A stretch of DNA of 64,000 bases, from contig CAZYSP010000001.1 of the NCBI GenBank assembly GCA_964650285.1, forward strand, positions 13,169 through 77,168, written 5' to 3'. Both the position numbers and the translations under genes were made by a program. The notes under the pieces were generated by a model that saw only the letters and a list, made by a program, of their open reading frames with translations, made no database searches and had not been told where the DNA came from. Shown in pieces: positions 1 to 9,411 of the stretch. Numbering within the stretch: the first letter of the stretch is position 1; every line of letters begins with the position of its first letter. Source of the stretch: an uncultured Methanosarcinales archaeon. Its GTDB lineage: Archaea; Nanobdellota; Nanobdellia; Woesearchaeales; GW2011-AR4.

Positions 1-34
1 AAAACATTTAGTTAAAAGAATAGAGAATGAAGAT

Positions 35-424
35 GTGTATACTTTAGTAAGCATATCTTTTGTACTATTTTCATTAATCTTTGTATCTTCTGGGTTGATA
101 TACTTTACAGAACATAGAGTCAATCCAGAGGCTGTAGCAACATTTTTTGATGCAGTTTATTATTCAGTTGTTACAATGTCTACTGTTGGATTGGGGGACA
201 TTGTACCTATCTCAACTGCAGGACGTATAGTAACTATGAGTATGATAGTCAGTGCGATAATTTTAATTCCCTGGCAAATTAGTGTTTTTCTAAAGGGGCT
301 CATACGCGCAGCAACAAAAATAAAGGTTACATGCCAACACTGTGGTTTGCAACATCATGACAATGATGCCTCACATTGCAAAGAGTGTGGGCATATCTTG
401 TTTAGTCCTGACAGGAAGGGATAA
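35..424 (+). CDS. Ion-channel pore-loop protein (K+ channel-like TVGLGD filter) with C-terminal Cys4 zinc ribbon; may extend upstream of the window
   Basis: GTG start at 35 and the frame is open to nt 2. A TM helix is followed by a pore helix and 'TMSTVGLGDIVP' (cf. K+ channel TVGYGD), then a second TM. The C-terminus reads 'CQHCG...CKECG'. Confidence 0.45.
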   Translation: MYTLVSISFVLFSLIFVSSGLIYFTEHRVNPEAVATFFDAVYYSVVTMSTVGLGDIVPISTAGRIVTMSMIVSAIILIPWQISVFLKGLIRAATKIKVTCQHCGLQHHDNDASHCKECGHILFSPDRKG

Positions 425-524
425 TTTTAGTGTTATATTTTGTATTCTAATTAAAGATACTAATTCCTAAACTAGTATACGAAAACGTAACATTTATATA
501 TATGTTCAACTGTAATAAGGCAGA

Positions 525-929
525 ATGGTTGTATTATTTGACAGGTTTAACTTACCTGAGGACATATATGAAGTTATTTTCGCTACAAAGCAGCAGATTA
601 TAGTAGCTAAGCTGCTGATAGGAATGATAAAAGAAAATAATGGAGAGATAAATAAAACAGAAATGTCATTATTTGCGACAAAGCTGCATGAGGGAAATTT
701 AATTACCACACTAATAGAAGAGCCACCATATAAAGGCAAGAAAGTAAAGATAAGCTATAACAAAAGGCAGTTTTATGACAGGATTTTGACTCCAATGAAA
801 AGCATGGGATTAATAGATTATGATTTGTATAAAAAAACTTACAAAATAAGTGATAATTTCAACAAGGAGATGATAAGAATAGGAATTTTATGGCTAAAGG
901 AGATGAGAAAACCAGCAAAACCATCATGA
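525..929 (+). CDS. Hypothetical protein
   Basis: 134-aa ORF in an AT-rich genome where stop codons are frequent. No recognisable motif. It is followed directly by a GC-rich hairpin. Confidence 0.3.
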   Translation: MVVLFDRFNLPEDIYEVIFATKQQIIVAKLLIGMIKENNGEINKTEMSLFATKLHEGNLITTLIEEPPYKGKKVKISYNKRQFYDRILTPMKSMGLIDYDLYKKTYKISDNFNKEMIRIGILWLKEMRKPAKPS

Positions 930-936
930 TGTTTTA

Positions 937-993
937 GGCCCCCAACAATTCGAATTCTTTCCAAAACCACCCCAACGAATCAAAATGGGGGCC
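937..993 (+). other. GC-rich hairpin: 8-bp stem GGCCCCCA/TGGGGGCC with a 41-nt loop carrying the motif AAAACCACCCCAACG
   Basis: A perfect inverted repeat seen directly, starting 8 nt after the stop of the 525..929 ORF. The loop motif recurs in a second hairpin at 52407..52453. It lies inside a 250-nt GC-enriched non-coding block (930..1180). Confidence 0.5.
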
Positions 994-1180
994 ACTTCTT
1001 AATTGGAATAAAAAAGGGAGAAAGAGGTGAAAAGGGTGGTTAATTAGATATCTTCTAAAAAATCGGGGGTACAAAATTAGTAGAATCCTCGCAAGCTGCC
1101 AGAGCCTTTGGATTTAGCGCATAAACATGGGAATGAGGTCAAAAAAGAATACTACAAAAACCTTTAAATAGAGACATAGT

Positions 1181-1780
1181 TTGCTTTTTTTTATGAGAAG
1201 AACAAGGGATGAACAAAAAGGAAAAAAATTCGTGGTTTATTTAATGGGTATTCTTATGGTTGGTAGTGTTTTTGGAATTGTTTTCTTTGGGTTTGGATCT
1301 GGTGGTGCGACTAGCATGAAATATAATGATTTTAAATTTGTAAATAAAGGCAATTTCTGGTCAACAATTGTAGATGGAAGAGAAGCGATATTTACTTATT
1401 TTCCAAGTGATGTGGAATCTGTAGTTATTGATGGCAATGTGATTAGTAGACTGGAAAATAGGCTGGAGATTGATGCGACATCTGACTTCAATGACACATT
1501 TGCTGAACAGATTTCCCTTGCTGGATACAATATGGCCATTACATTGAATAATTTTAATATATTTGTAAGGCAGGGCTTTACAGCAGAAAATGATTATAAT
1601 TTTCCTGTTATAACATGTGAGGATCCTACTAATTTTGTTCCAGTAATTTATTTTAGAAGTTTTAATGAAACAAAGGTTTATATGGAAGATAACTGCATAA
1701 TAGCAGAAGCTTTGAGACAAGAAGATGTTGAAAGGATTAAAGACAGGATGGTGTATGGAATATTGGGAATAATTAAATGA
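1181..1780 (+). CDS. Hypothetical membrane-anchored protein; paralog of the next gene
   Basis: An N-terminal TM helix ('VVYLMGILMVGSVFGIVFFGF'). The C-terminal block 'PVITCEDPTNFVPVIYFRSFNETKVYMEDNCIIAEA' aligns with 'PIITCENTDKVVLYIREVNNTMVYYDDNCIVIEGS' in the 1800..2600 ORF. Confidence 0.45.
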   Translation: MLFFMRRTRDEQKGKKFVVYLMGILMVGSVFGIVFFGFGSGGATSMKYNDFKFVNKGNFWSTIVDGREAIFTYFPSDVESVVIDGNVISRLENRLEIDATSDFNDTFAEQISLAGYNMAITLNNFNIFVRQGFTAENDYNFPVITCEDPTNFVPVIYFRSFNETKVYMEDNCIIAEALRQEDVERIKDRMVYGILGIIK

Positions 1781-1799
1781 AAATAAAAGATAGTTTAAA

Positions 1800-2600
1800 A
1801 TGAAAGAAATAAAGTTAAAAAAACTTGAGGAAATCTATGAGCATGGACTGATAAGCAAAGAGGAGTATAAGAAAAAGAAAAAGGAGATAGAAGAAATGCC
1901 TGAGGAGAAAGTTGAGAAGCAAGAAGAAAAAATGCCCGAAAAAGAAACTAAATCAAAATCTGATAAGATGCTAATAATAGGCGTAATCTTAATTGTTTTG
2001 GTGTTTGTTAGTATTTTTGGATTAAAAGATATTATACAAGAACGTCCAGAGACAATTGATGAGCTGCACGAGTTGAATTTGAAGGGAAAATTGAAGGATG
2101 AGCAAGGCTATCTTTACAAGGATGTTTATTCTTTTGTTAAATTTGATGACTTGTGGTATACACAGATGATGAGCCCTAAAGGAACGAGGTTTTATAATGT
2201 ACAGTTTAGATACGGGCCAAGAGACGTGGAGGACATAAAAATTTATGGTTCTTTAAATACAAATCTTTTTAATGATGCTGCAGAGTATTATGTCACGTTT
2301 AACCCTACAGGAAATGATTTTTCAAGTGTGGCTTTGGCTGTAGGCGATTTCAATACGCATATGACAAAAGTGTTTTTTAAGAAACCAATTGCTGCATGCG
2401 ACAAGAATGAAACAAGCGCATGTATAGATAGGCCAATAATAACTTGTGAGAATACAGATAAGGTTGTTTTGTATATCCGGGAGGTAAATAATACTATGGT
2501 CTATTATGATGATAACTGTATAGTTATAGAAGGCTCTGGTTTAGAGCTGGTAAAAGGTGTGGATAGAGTTTTGTATGATTTCTATAAATTTATGGAGTAA
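1800..2600 (+). CDS. Hypothetical membrane-anchored protein with a SHOCT-like K/E-rich N-terminus; paralog of the 1181..1780 ORF
   Basis: N-terminal 'KLEEIYEHGLISKEEYKKKKKEI', one TM helix ('MLIIGVILIVLVFVSIFGL'), then a C-terminal domain shared with the upstream ORF (ITCE...VY.DDNCI). Confidence 0.45.
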   Translation: MKEIKLKKLEEIYEHGLISKEEYKKKKKEIEEMPEEKVEKQEEKMPEKETKSKSDKMLIIGVILIVLVFVSIFGLKDIIQERPETIDELHELNLKGKLKDEQGYLYKDVYSFVKFDDLWYTQMMSPKGTRFYNVQFRYGPRDVEDIKIYGSLNTNLFNDAAEYYVTFNPTGNDFSSVALAVGDFNTHMTKVFFKKPIAACDKNETSACIDRPIITCENTDKVVLYIREVNNTMVYYDDNCIVIEGSGLELVKGVDRVLYDFYKFME

Positions 2601-2683
2601 TAGATTATAATGAGAATAAGCAAAAGATATTTTTTAAATACATTTACAATAAATATATAAATAAAAATGAAACAGCTTGCTTT

Positions 2684-3268
2684 ATGACACCAATTACTTT
2701 GCCAGAGATAGTTGATATTATTGTTATGACAATTGCAATAGGCTATATCTTCTCAAAGTTTTTTAGGAGAGTGCCAGCAAGTTATGATCCTTTGACTTAT
2801 TACAAGAAAAATACATTAGTGGAAGATATAAAATATGGGGCAATGATAGCTGCGCCAGCAGTTGTGCTGCATGAATTGGCTCATAAATTTACTGCAATGG
2901 GTTTTGGAGCTAGTGCAACATTGCATGCTCCATCTTTTTTTGGAATTCCATATGGCATGTACCTTTTGGTTATATTGCTTATACATCTTAATTTTCCAAT
3001 CCTTTTCTTTGTAGGAGGTTATGTGAGTCATACAGCATTACCACCACTAGCATCATCAATGGTTGCATTTTCAGGACCGTTAATTAATTTAGTGTTATGG
3101 CTAGGTGGAATGTCTTTGATAAAATATAAGTTAATAGATAGAAAATATTATATGACGATAGGCATGATGGCAAAACTAAATATGTTTTTCTTTATATTCA
3201 ACATGATTCCTTTACCTGGTTTTGATGGGTTTAGTGTGTTTGCAGGATTAGTACAGGTGTTCTTTTAA
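2684..3268 (+). CDS. Site-2 protease family (peptidase M50) membrane zinc metalloprotease
   Basis: An 'HELAH' zinc motif in a TM context, a second-site 'NMIPLPGFDG' (cf. LPIPxLDGG of S2P), and multiple TM helices. Confidence 0.6.
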   Translation: MTPITLPEIVDIIVMTIAIGYIFSKFFRRVPASYDPLTYYKKNTLVEDIKYGAMIAAPAVVLHELAHKFTAMGFGASATLHAPSFFGIPYGMYLLVILLIHLNFPILFFVGGYVSHTALPPLASSMVAFSGPLINLVLWLGGMSLIKYKLIDRKYYMTIGMMAKLNMFFFIFNMIPLPGFDGFSVFAGLVQVFF

Positions 3269-3512
3269 ATTTAATTTATAAACATTAAAATAATATTCTA
3301 TTCAATAAATAAAACAATGGAATAATAATAATCAATAAACAAAAATAAAGAAACAATAAAATTCATAAAGTAATCAATAATAAAATTAAACTATATAATT
3401 TCCATATTGAAAATAATAGACAAAAACAGTAAAATATTTATATGGACGCACCTTTTTTCTATAATGCAACTAATAAATTTTTTAATTCTGATAGGTTTAG
3501 GGGATGGTATCA

Positions 3513-5228
3513 ATGACTAAATTTATTGTGGTAGCTGGGGGTGTAATGTCTGGTGTTGGCAAGGGTGTTACAACAGCTTCTATTGCAAGAATATTGTATG
3601 AGTATGGCTATAAAGTGACTCCTATTAAGATTGATCCTTACATTAATTATGATGCAGGAACCTTAAGACCAACAGAACATGGAGAAGTCTGGGTTACTGA
3701 TGATGGTGGAGAGATAGACCAGGATTTAGGAACATATGAAAGATTTCTCAATGTTGGTATTCCCAGGAAAAACAACATAACCACGGGGCAGATTTACAAA
3801 ACAATAATTGAAAAGGAAAGGAAAGGCAAATACCTTGGCAAGACAGTGCAATTTATACCCCATGTACCTGATGAAATAAAAAAAAGAGTAAAGGAAGCAA
3901 GTAAGAATTATGATATTGCAATTATTGAGATTGGAGGCACTATAGGAGATTATGAAAATATACCTTTCCTGTTTGCAATGAAAAGCATGGAAAGGGAAAT
4001 AGGAAAGGATAATGTTGCTTATGTTTTGATTACATATTTGCCTGTACCTTCGCATATAGAAGAGATGAAAACCAAGCCAACACAGCAAGCTATAAGGCTT
4101 TTAGGGGAAAACGGAATTTTTCCGGATTTTATTATCTGCAGGGCAAAAAGAGCCTTGGATAAAGTAAGAAAACAAAAAATAGAAACTTATGCAAATATCC
4201 CGTCTACGCATGTAATTTCAGAGCCGGACATTGAAACTGTTTATTCTATTCCTCTGGATTTGGAGAAGGGGCAGCTTGGCTTAAAGATTCTGAAGGAATT
4301 GAAGCTAAAGCCGAAAAAGTCTCTAAACTTGAATGAATGGAAAAGGCTTGTCAGCAGGATAGAGAACCCAAGGAAGCATGTCAAGATTGCTATTGTTGGA
4401 AAGTATATTGATATTGGAGATTATAAATTATCAGACAGCTATGTGAGCATTAACCAGTCATTATTGCACGCCGGAGCTGTATTAAATGTTGGTGTTGATA
4501 TTCATTGGGTGGATGCAAAATCATTTGAGAAGAGCAAAAATAAACTTAGTGAGCTAAAGGATTTTGATGGAATTATTGTTCCAGGGGGTTTTGGTGCAAG
4601 TGGTGTAGAGGGAAAAATAAAGGCTATTAATTTCGCAAGAACAAAAAATAAACCTTACCTTGGATTGTGTTATGGATTACAACTGGCTATAGTGGAATAT
4701 GCAAGAAATGTTTGTAAAATGAGAAATGCAAATACAACAGAAAACAGTAAAACAAAATTCCCTGTTATTGATATATTGCCAACACAAAGGAAAATAATGG
4801 AAAAAAGCGATTATGGCGGTACAATGAGGTTGGGAGCATATGCGGCTGTTTTAAAGGAAAAGAGCAAAGTTTTGAAGCTGTATCAGGAAACAGGAAGACT
4901 AAAAGAAGATATGAAAAAAATTGAAAAGTTAAAGAAAGACAAAAGCCAAGCATTCAGGTTGGGTATATTGAATAAAAACAAGAATATTATTTTGGAAAGG
5001 CACAGGCACAGATATGAGGTAAATCCAGAGTTTGTTAACGAGCTGGAAAAGAAAGGTTTGGTTTTTTCTGGCTATCATTTAAGGAAAGATAATACAAAGC
5101 TGATGGAGTTTATTGAGCTGCCAAAACATAAGTTTTTTGTTGGAACTCAGGCACATCCTGAGTTTAAGTCAAGGTTAGGAAATCCCAGTCCATTGTTTTA
5201 TGGGTTTGTCAGGGCTTGTGGGAAATAA
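3513..5228 (+). CDS. pyrG: CTP synthase
   Basis: 'MTKFIVVAGGVMSGVGKGVTTASIARIL' matches the canonical synthetase N-terminus. The C-terminal class-I GATase carries 'GLCYGLQLA' and 'HRHRYEVN'. The ORF track begins 3 codons upstream at 3504. Confidence 0.93.
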   Translation: MTKFIVVAGGVMSGVGKGVTTASIARILYEYGYKVTPIKIDPYINYDAGTLRPTEHGEVWVTDDGGEIDQDLGTYERFLNVGIPRKNNITTGQIYKTIIEKERKGKYLGKTVQFIPHVPDEIKKRVKEASKNYDIAIIEIGGTIGDYENIPFLFAMKSMEREIGKDNVAYVLITYLPVPSHIEEMKTKPTQQAIRLLGENGIFPDFIICRAKRALDKVRKQKIETYANIPSTHVISEPDIETVYSIPLDLEKGQLGLKILKELKLKPKKSLNLNEWKRLVSRIENPRKHVKIAIVGKYIDIGDYKLSDSYVSINQSLLHAGAVLNVGVDIHWVDAKSFEKSKNKLSELKDFDGIIVPGGFGASGVEGKIKAINFARTKNKPYLGLCYGLQLAIVEYARNVCKMRNANTTENSKTKFPVIDILPTQRKIMEKSDYGGTMRLGAYAAVLKEKSKVLKLYQETGRLKEDMKKIEKLKKDKSQAFRLGILNKNKNIILERHRHRYEVNPEFVNELEKKGLVFSGYHLRKDNTKLMEFIELPKHKFFVGTQAHPEFKSRLGNPSPLFYGFVRACGK

Positions 5229-5270
5229 ACAAAACGTTTATAAAAACACTATTTTTCTTTTCTACTTGTT

Positions 5271-6284
5271 ATGGAAGACAATACAGAAAATAGCCAGCAG
5301 GATACAACGGAAAACAATACAAAAATAGAAACCAATAAAGATACTGATGAAAATCAAAAAAAATTACCTAAAATAAAATTTAATTTTTCTTCTATTAAAA
5401 ATATTTATGAAAATCAATATAAAAAATTATTAATTATACCTTTTGCACTTCTTTTGATAGCGATATTGCTGATAGGGTTTAAGTTTGCGACAACCGGGGA
5501 CTTCATCAACAGGGATGTAAGCTTAAAAGGCGGTGTTACAATAACTATACCAACTACTAAACAAGTTGATATTTTACAATTAGAAAATATTATTTCTTCA
5601 AAATTTCCCGAGAAGGATATATCAACAAAATCAATAAGCCAGTTTGGAGCACAGACAGGAGTCATTCTTGAAGCGGATATTGAAGAGAGACAAGTAAATA
5701 CTTTAATTGAAGAGATAAGCAAAGCGTCGGATATAGAACTGGAAACTGCTGATTATTCTGTTGAGATTGTAGGGTCATCTTTAGGTGCTTCCTTTTTCAA
5801 GGAGGTAATTGTTGCGCTGCTTATAGCGTTCTTATTCATGGCGATAGTTGTTTTTCTTTATTTTAGAACAATTGTACCAAGTGCAGCGGTTATTTTAGCG
5901 GCTTTGTCTGATATACTAATTACCTTATCTATAGTAAATTTACTGGGAATAAGATTAAGCACAGCGGGAATTGCGGCTTTCCTGATGCTTATTGGCTATA
6001 GTGTTGATACTGATATTTTATTGTCCACCAGAGTTCTGAAAAGAAAAGAAGGTACAGAAATGGAAAGGATATATGGAGCTTTTAAAACAGGAATTACAAT
6101 GTCTTTAACAACGCTTACTGCTGTAACTATGGCATTGATATTTGCCCAGTCAGGAGTAATAAAGCAGATTATGATTATCTTGCTTATTGGACTATTAGTT
6201 GATTTAATCAACACCTGGATCCAGAATGTTGGGATTTTAAGATTATATCTGGAAAGAAAAGCCAGAAAATCAGGTATACAATGA
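5271..6284 (+). CDS. secF: Protein-export membrane protein SecF
   Basis: An N-terminal TM, a periplasmic domain, then the SecD/F 6-TM core ('GSSLGASFFKEVIVALLIAFLFMAIVVFLYFR', 'IGYSVDTDILLSTRV'). It overlaps secD by 4 nt. Confidence 0.85.
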   Translation: MEDNTENSQQDTTENNTKIETNKDTDENQKKLPKIKFNFSSIKNIYENQYKKLLIIPFALLLIAILLIGFKFATTGDFINRDVSLKGGVTITIPTTKQVDILQLENIISSKFPEKDISTKSISQFGAQTGVILEADIEERQVNTLIEEISKASDIELETADYSVEIVGSSLGASFFKEVIVALLIAFLFMAIVVFLYFRTIVPSAAVILAALSDILITLSIVNLLGIRLSTAGIAAFLMLIGYSVDTDILLSTRVLKRKEGTEMERIYGAFKTGITMSLTTLTAVTMALIFAQSGVIKQIMIILLIGLLVDLINTWIQNVGILRLYLERKARKSGIQ

Positions 6285-7924
6285 ACATCAAAATAAAAAA
6301 AATATTTACGAATGTAAGAGTAATAATTTTGCTGGTTTTCTTAGTTTTAGCAGTTGTTGCAATAAGTCCAAGACCTGGAGCAGAAGGCGTTGTAATAAGG
6401 AATGTTATAGCCAACAGCACTGCAGCAGAAGCTGGTATTATACAGCCACCACTAACTGCAAAGCCAGTAGACAGGGAAAGGGTTTTGGAAATTAACAACA
6501 AGCCTATCAGGGATGTGGAGGATTACCATAGTTATGTCAATACGTTAGAGCCAAACAAATCTGTACAGATAAAAACAAACAAGGGATTATACAGGCTGAG
6601 GACAAGGGAAAAGTTTGAGATGATAGAGGTAAATAAAACTATTTTGAAGACAATCGAAGTACCAAAAACAAAAAAGATAAGCAAAGGTACAGAAGATATT
6701 GGATTAATGGTCTTTAACACTCCAAAAACCAACATAAGGAAAGGCCTTGATTTGCAGGGGGGTACAAGAGTTTTATTACAACCAGAAGAGCTATTATCAG
6801 CACGAGATATGGCATCCTTAATAGACACCATGGAGGAAAGGCTTAATGTTTATGGTTTAAGTGATTTAATAATAAGGGATGCAACTGACTTAACAGGAAA
6901 CCAATACATCCTGGTAGAGATAGCAGGTGCTAATGAAGAAGAGATAAGGAACTTATTGGCAAAACAGGGCAAATTTGAAGCAAAAATAGCCAACAAAACT
7001 GTTTTTATAGGTGGAAAAGATATTATTTTTGTCTGCAGGTCAGCAGACTGCGCAGGAATAGATCCTAGTGTTGGGTGTTTCTCATCACAAGGACAAGAAG
7101 TTTGCGGGTTTAGATTTTCAATTTCAATAACACCGGAAGCAGCGCAGAAGTTTGCTGATGCAACAAAAGATTTAGCTGTAATAGAGGATAATGGGAAATA
7201 TTTGTCAGAGCCATTAGAGCTTTACCTTGATGATACTAAAGTGAAGGAGCTTAATATAGTAGCAGACCTAAAAGGAAGAGCAGAGACTGATATACAAATC
7301 ACAGGATCTGGTGCAGGTTTTACACAGCAGGAAGCTGCCATTAACTCAATGAACAATATGAAGAGGCTGCAGACAATTTTGATTACTGGATCATTGCCTG
7401 TTAAACTGAACATAGTTAAGATAGATGCTATAAGTCCATTGCTTGGAAAAGAATTTTTGAAAAACGCTATGATGGTTGGGTTAGTTGCATTAATTTCCGT
7501 GGGAATTGTTATCTTTATAAGATACAGAAAATTACAAGTGGCAGTGCCTGCAATCCTGATTTCAGTATCAGAAATTATAATTTTATTGGGAGTTGCTGCT
7601 CTAATAGGATGGAATATTGACCTTGCTGCAGTTGCAGGCATAATAATAGCTGTTGGAATTGGTGTAGACCATCAGATTGTGATTGCGGATGAGACTTTAA
7701 GGGGAGAAAGAATTATATATGACTGGAAACAAAGAATAAAAAATGCTTTTTTTATTATAATGGCATCTTACTTTACTGTTTTTGTAGCTATGATGCCCCT
7801 GGTATTTGCAGGAGCTGGCTTATTGAAGGGTTTTGCAATAACAACAATTTTGGGAGCGTCTATTGGAGTTTTCATTTCAAGACCTGTGTTTGCGAGGGTT
7901 ATTGAGATTTTATTAAGGGAGTAG
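6281..7924 (+). CDS. secD: Protein-export membrane protein SecD
   Basis: A large extracytoplasmic domain followed by the SecD/F TM core ('IGVDHQIVIADE', 'GLLKGFAITTILG'). Translationally coupled to secF. Confidence 0.85.
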   Translation: MNIKIKKIFTNVRVIILLVFLVLAVVAISPRPGAEGVVIRNVIANSTAAEAGIIQPPLTAKPVDRERVLEINNKPIRDVEDYHSYVNTLEPNKSVQIKTNKGLYRLRTREKFEMIEVNKTILKTIEVPKTKKISKGTEDIGLMVFNTPKTNIRKGLDLQGGTRVLLQPEELLSARDMASLIDTMEERLNVYGLSDLIIRDATDLTGNQYILVEIAGANEEEIRNLLAKQGKFEAKIANKTVFIGGKDIIFVCRSADCAGIDPSVGCFSSQGQEVCGFRFSISITPEAAQKFADATKDLAVIEDNGKYLSEPLELYLDDTKVKELNIVADLKGRAETDIQITGSGAGFTQQEAAINSMNNMKRLQTILITGSLPVKLNIVKIDAISPLLGKEFLKNAMMVGLVALISVGIVIFIRYRKLQVAVPAILISVSEIIILLGVAALIGWNIDLAAVAGIIIAVGIGVDHQIVIADETLRGERIIYDWKQRIKNAFFIIMASYFTVFVAMMPLVFAGAGLLKGFAITTILGASIGVFISRPVFARVIEILLRE

Positions 7925-7929
7925 CTAAA

Positions 7930-8313
7930 ATGGCAACAAAACTTTGGGCAGTGGGAGTTGTTTTATTCTGCACTTTGCTTACCTCTACTGCGCAGATATT
8001 CTATAAGTTCGGAGCAGCGAAATTGAGTTTCAATATTATGAGCATAATAACAAACTATGAATTGATTATGGGCCTGGTATTATATGCTATAGGCGGCATT
8101 TTACTCATATTAAGCTTTAGAGGTGGGGAAGTTTCTGTTTTGTATCCTATAATAGCAACAAGCTACATATGGGTAAGCTTTTTGTCTATCTATTTCCTGA
8201 ATGAGTTAATGAATTTATTTAAGTGGTTGGGAGTATTTACAATAGTGGCTGGAATTGTTCTAATAGGTCATGGCAGTAAAAAGGCAGCTGTTGAGGGAGC
8301 AGGAGTGATATAA
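7930..8313 (+). CDS. 4-TM half-transporter of the DMT/EamA (SMR-like) superfamily, first of a tandem pair
   Basis: 127 aa with 4 predicted TM helices and an EamA-like C-terminus ('VFTIVAGIVLIGHG'). It is homologous to the next ORF. Confidence 0.5.
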   Translation: MATKLWAVGVVLFCTLLTSTAQIFYKFGAAKLSFNIMSIITNYELIMGLVLYAIGGILLILSFRGGEVSVLYPIIATSYIWVSFLSIYFLNELMNLFKWLGVFTIVAGIVLIGHGSKKAAVEGAGVI

Positions 8314-8663
8314 TGGCAACAGAATTATGGGCAATAGGACTTGTAATTTTAGCTACTTTTATTGGTGCTTTCGGACCTATTTTGCTTAAAAAGGCGTCTG
8401 AAAAAAAGTTATCTAAAATAAGCTCTTTAATGAAGAATCATCATTTGTTTGGAGGGGTTTCCTTGTATGCAATTGGCACAATACTTTTTATTCCTGCATT
8501 AAAAGGCGGCGATTTATCAATCCTTTATCCTTTTGTTGCTTTGGCATATGTATGGGTAAGCCTGCTTTCTGTCAAATTTTTAGGGGAAAAAATGAATTTG
8601 ATGAAATGGGTTGGGATAGCTCTTATTATAGTTGGTGTTAGTTTTATTGGGATTGGGAGCTGA
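8313..8663 (+). CDS. 4-TM half-transporter of the DMT/EamA (SMR-like) superfamily, second of a tandem pair
   Basis: 116 aa. It aligns along its length with the 7930..8313 ORF ('MATKLWAVGVV'/'MATELWAIGLV'; 'LYAIGGILLILSFRGGEVSVLYP'/'LYAIGTILFIPALKGGDLSILYP'). Its start overlaps the upstream stop. Confidence 0.5.
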   Translation: MATELWAIGLVILATFIGAFGPILLKKASEKKLSKISSLMKNHHLFGGVSLYAIGTILFIPALKGGDLSILYPFVALAYVWVSLLSVKFLGEKMNLMKWVGIALIIVGVSFIGIGS

Positions 8664-9294
8664 TAATTTTCCTGGATTCTTTTAGATAAAACTTAACTTC
8701 TTCATCTTCTAATTGTGTAAATTCCTGGTAGAAAGAGCCTACTGCACCAAAGAATAGCGGGGTATGTAAGCATACAACTTCATCTACAATTGCCTTGACT
8801 TTTTCAAAACTATCCTGAGCTGCAACTGGGATAGCTACAATGACTTTTTTCGGATTTTTGCTTTTTGCATATTTAATTGCTGCCAGCATTGTATAGCCGG
8901 TTGCTAAGCCGTCATCAACGATGATTGCTATTTTATTCTTTAATTCAGGAAGTTTTCCTGTTGCGTATTCTTTATAGCGTCTTTTTATTTCTGAATTCAT
9001 TTCCCTGACTGTGTTTTTTATGTATTCTTCACCTGCTTCTGCTTGGTATTCTTTATTTATACTATAGTGTCCTCCAGGGCTTACAGCGCCTATTGCAAAC
9101 TCTGGCTCAAAGGGGTGGCCTATTTTTTTAGTTACAACAATGCTTAATGGGACTTTCAGTGTTTTTGCTATGTTGAAAGCTACTTCTACACCTCCGCGAG
9201 GAATGCCCAACACAATAACATCTTTTTTGTTTTTGAATTTTTTCAGTGCTTCAGCCAGTTTTTGCCCTGCTTCGTGTCTGTTTTTGAATATCAT
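8644..9294 (-). CDS. Type I phosphoribosyltransferase-domain protein (predicted PRTase)
   Basis: PRPP-binding motif 'IAIIVDDGLATGYTM'. Its 3' end overlaps the convergent 8313..8663 ORF by 20 nt. Confidence 0.6.
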   Translation of the reverse strand: MIFKNRHEAGQKLAEALKKFKNKKDVIVLGIPRGGVEVAFNIAKTLKVPLSIVVTKKIGHPFEPEFAIGAVSPGGHYSINKEYQAEAGEEYIKNTVREMNSEIKRRYKEYATGKLPELKNKIAIIVDDGLATGYTMLAAIKYAKSKNPKKVIVAIPVAAQDSFEKVKAIVDEVVCLHTPLFFGAVGSFYQEFTQLEDEEVKFYLKESRKIISSQSQ

Positions 9295-9411
9295 TTTGGC
9301 TTTAGAAACATTTATACAAAAGAAAATGCTTTAAAGCATTTTCTAAGCATAAATGTCTTGGAAATCTTGATTTCCAAAACATTTATATAAACAGAATTTA
9401 AATTATTTTCT

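Noticed and set aside
7222-7641. 139-aa minus-strand ORF inside secD
   Set aside because: Antisense to the secD TM-domain region. No independent support.
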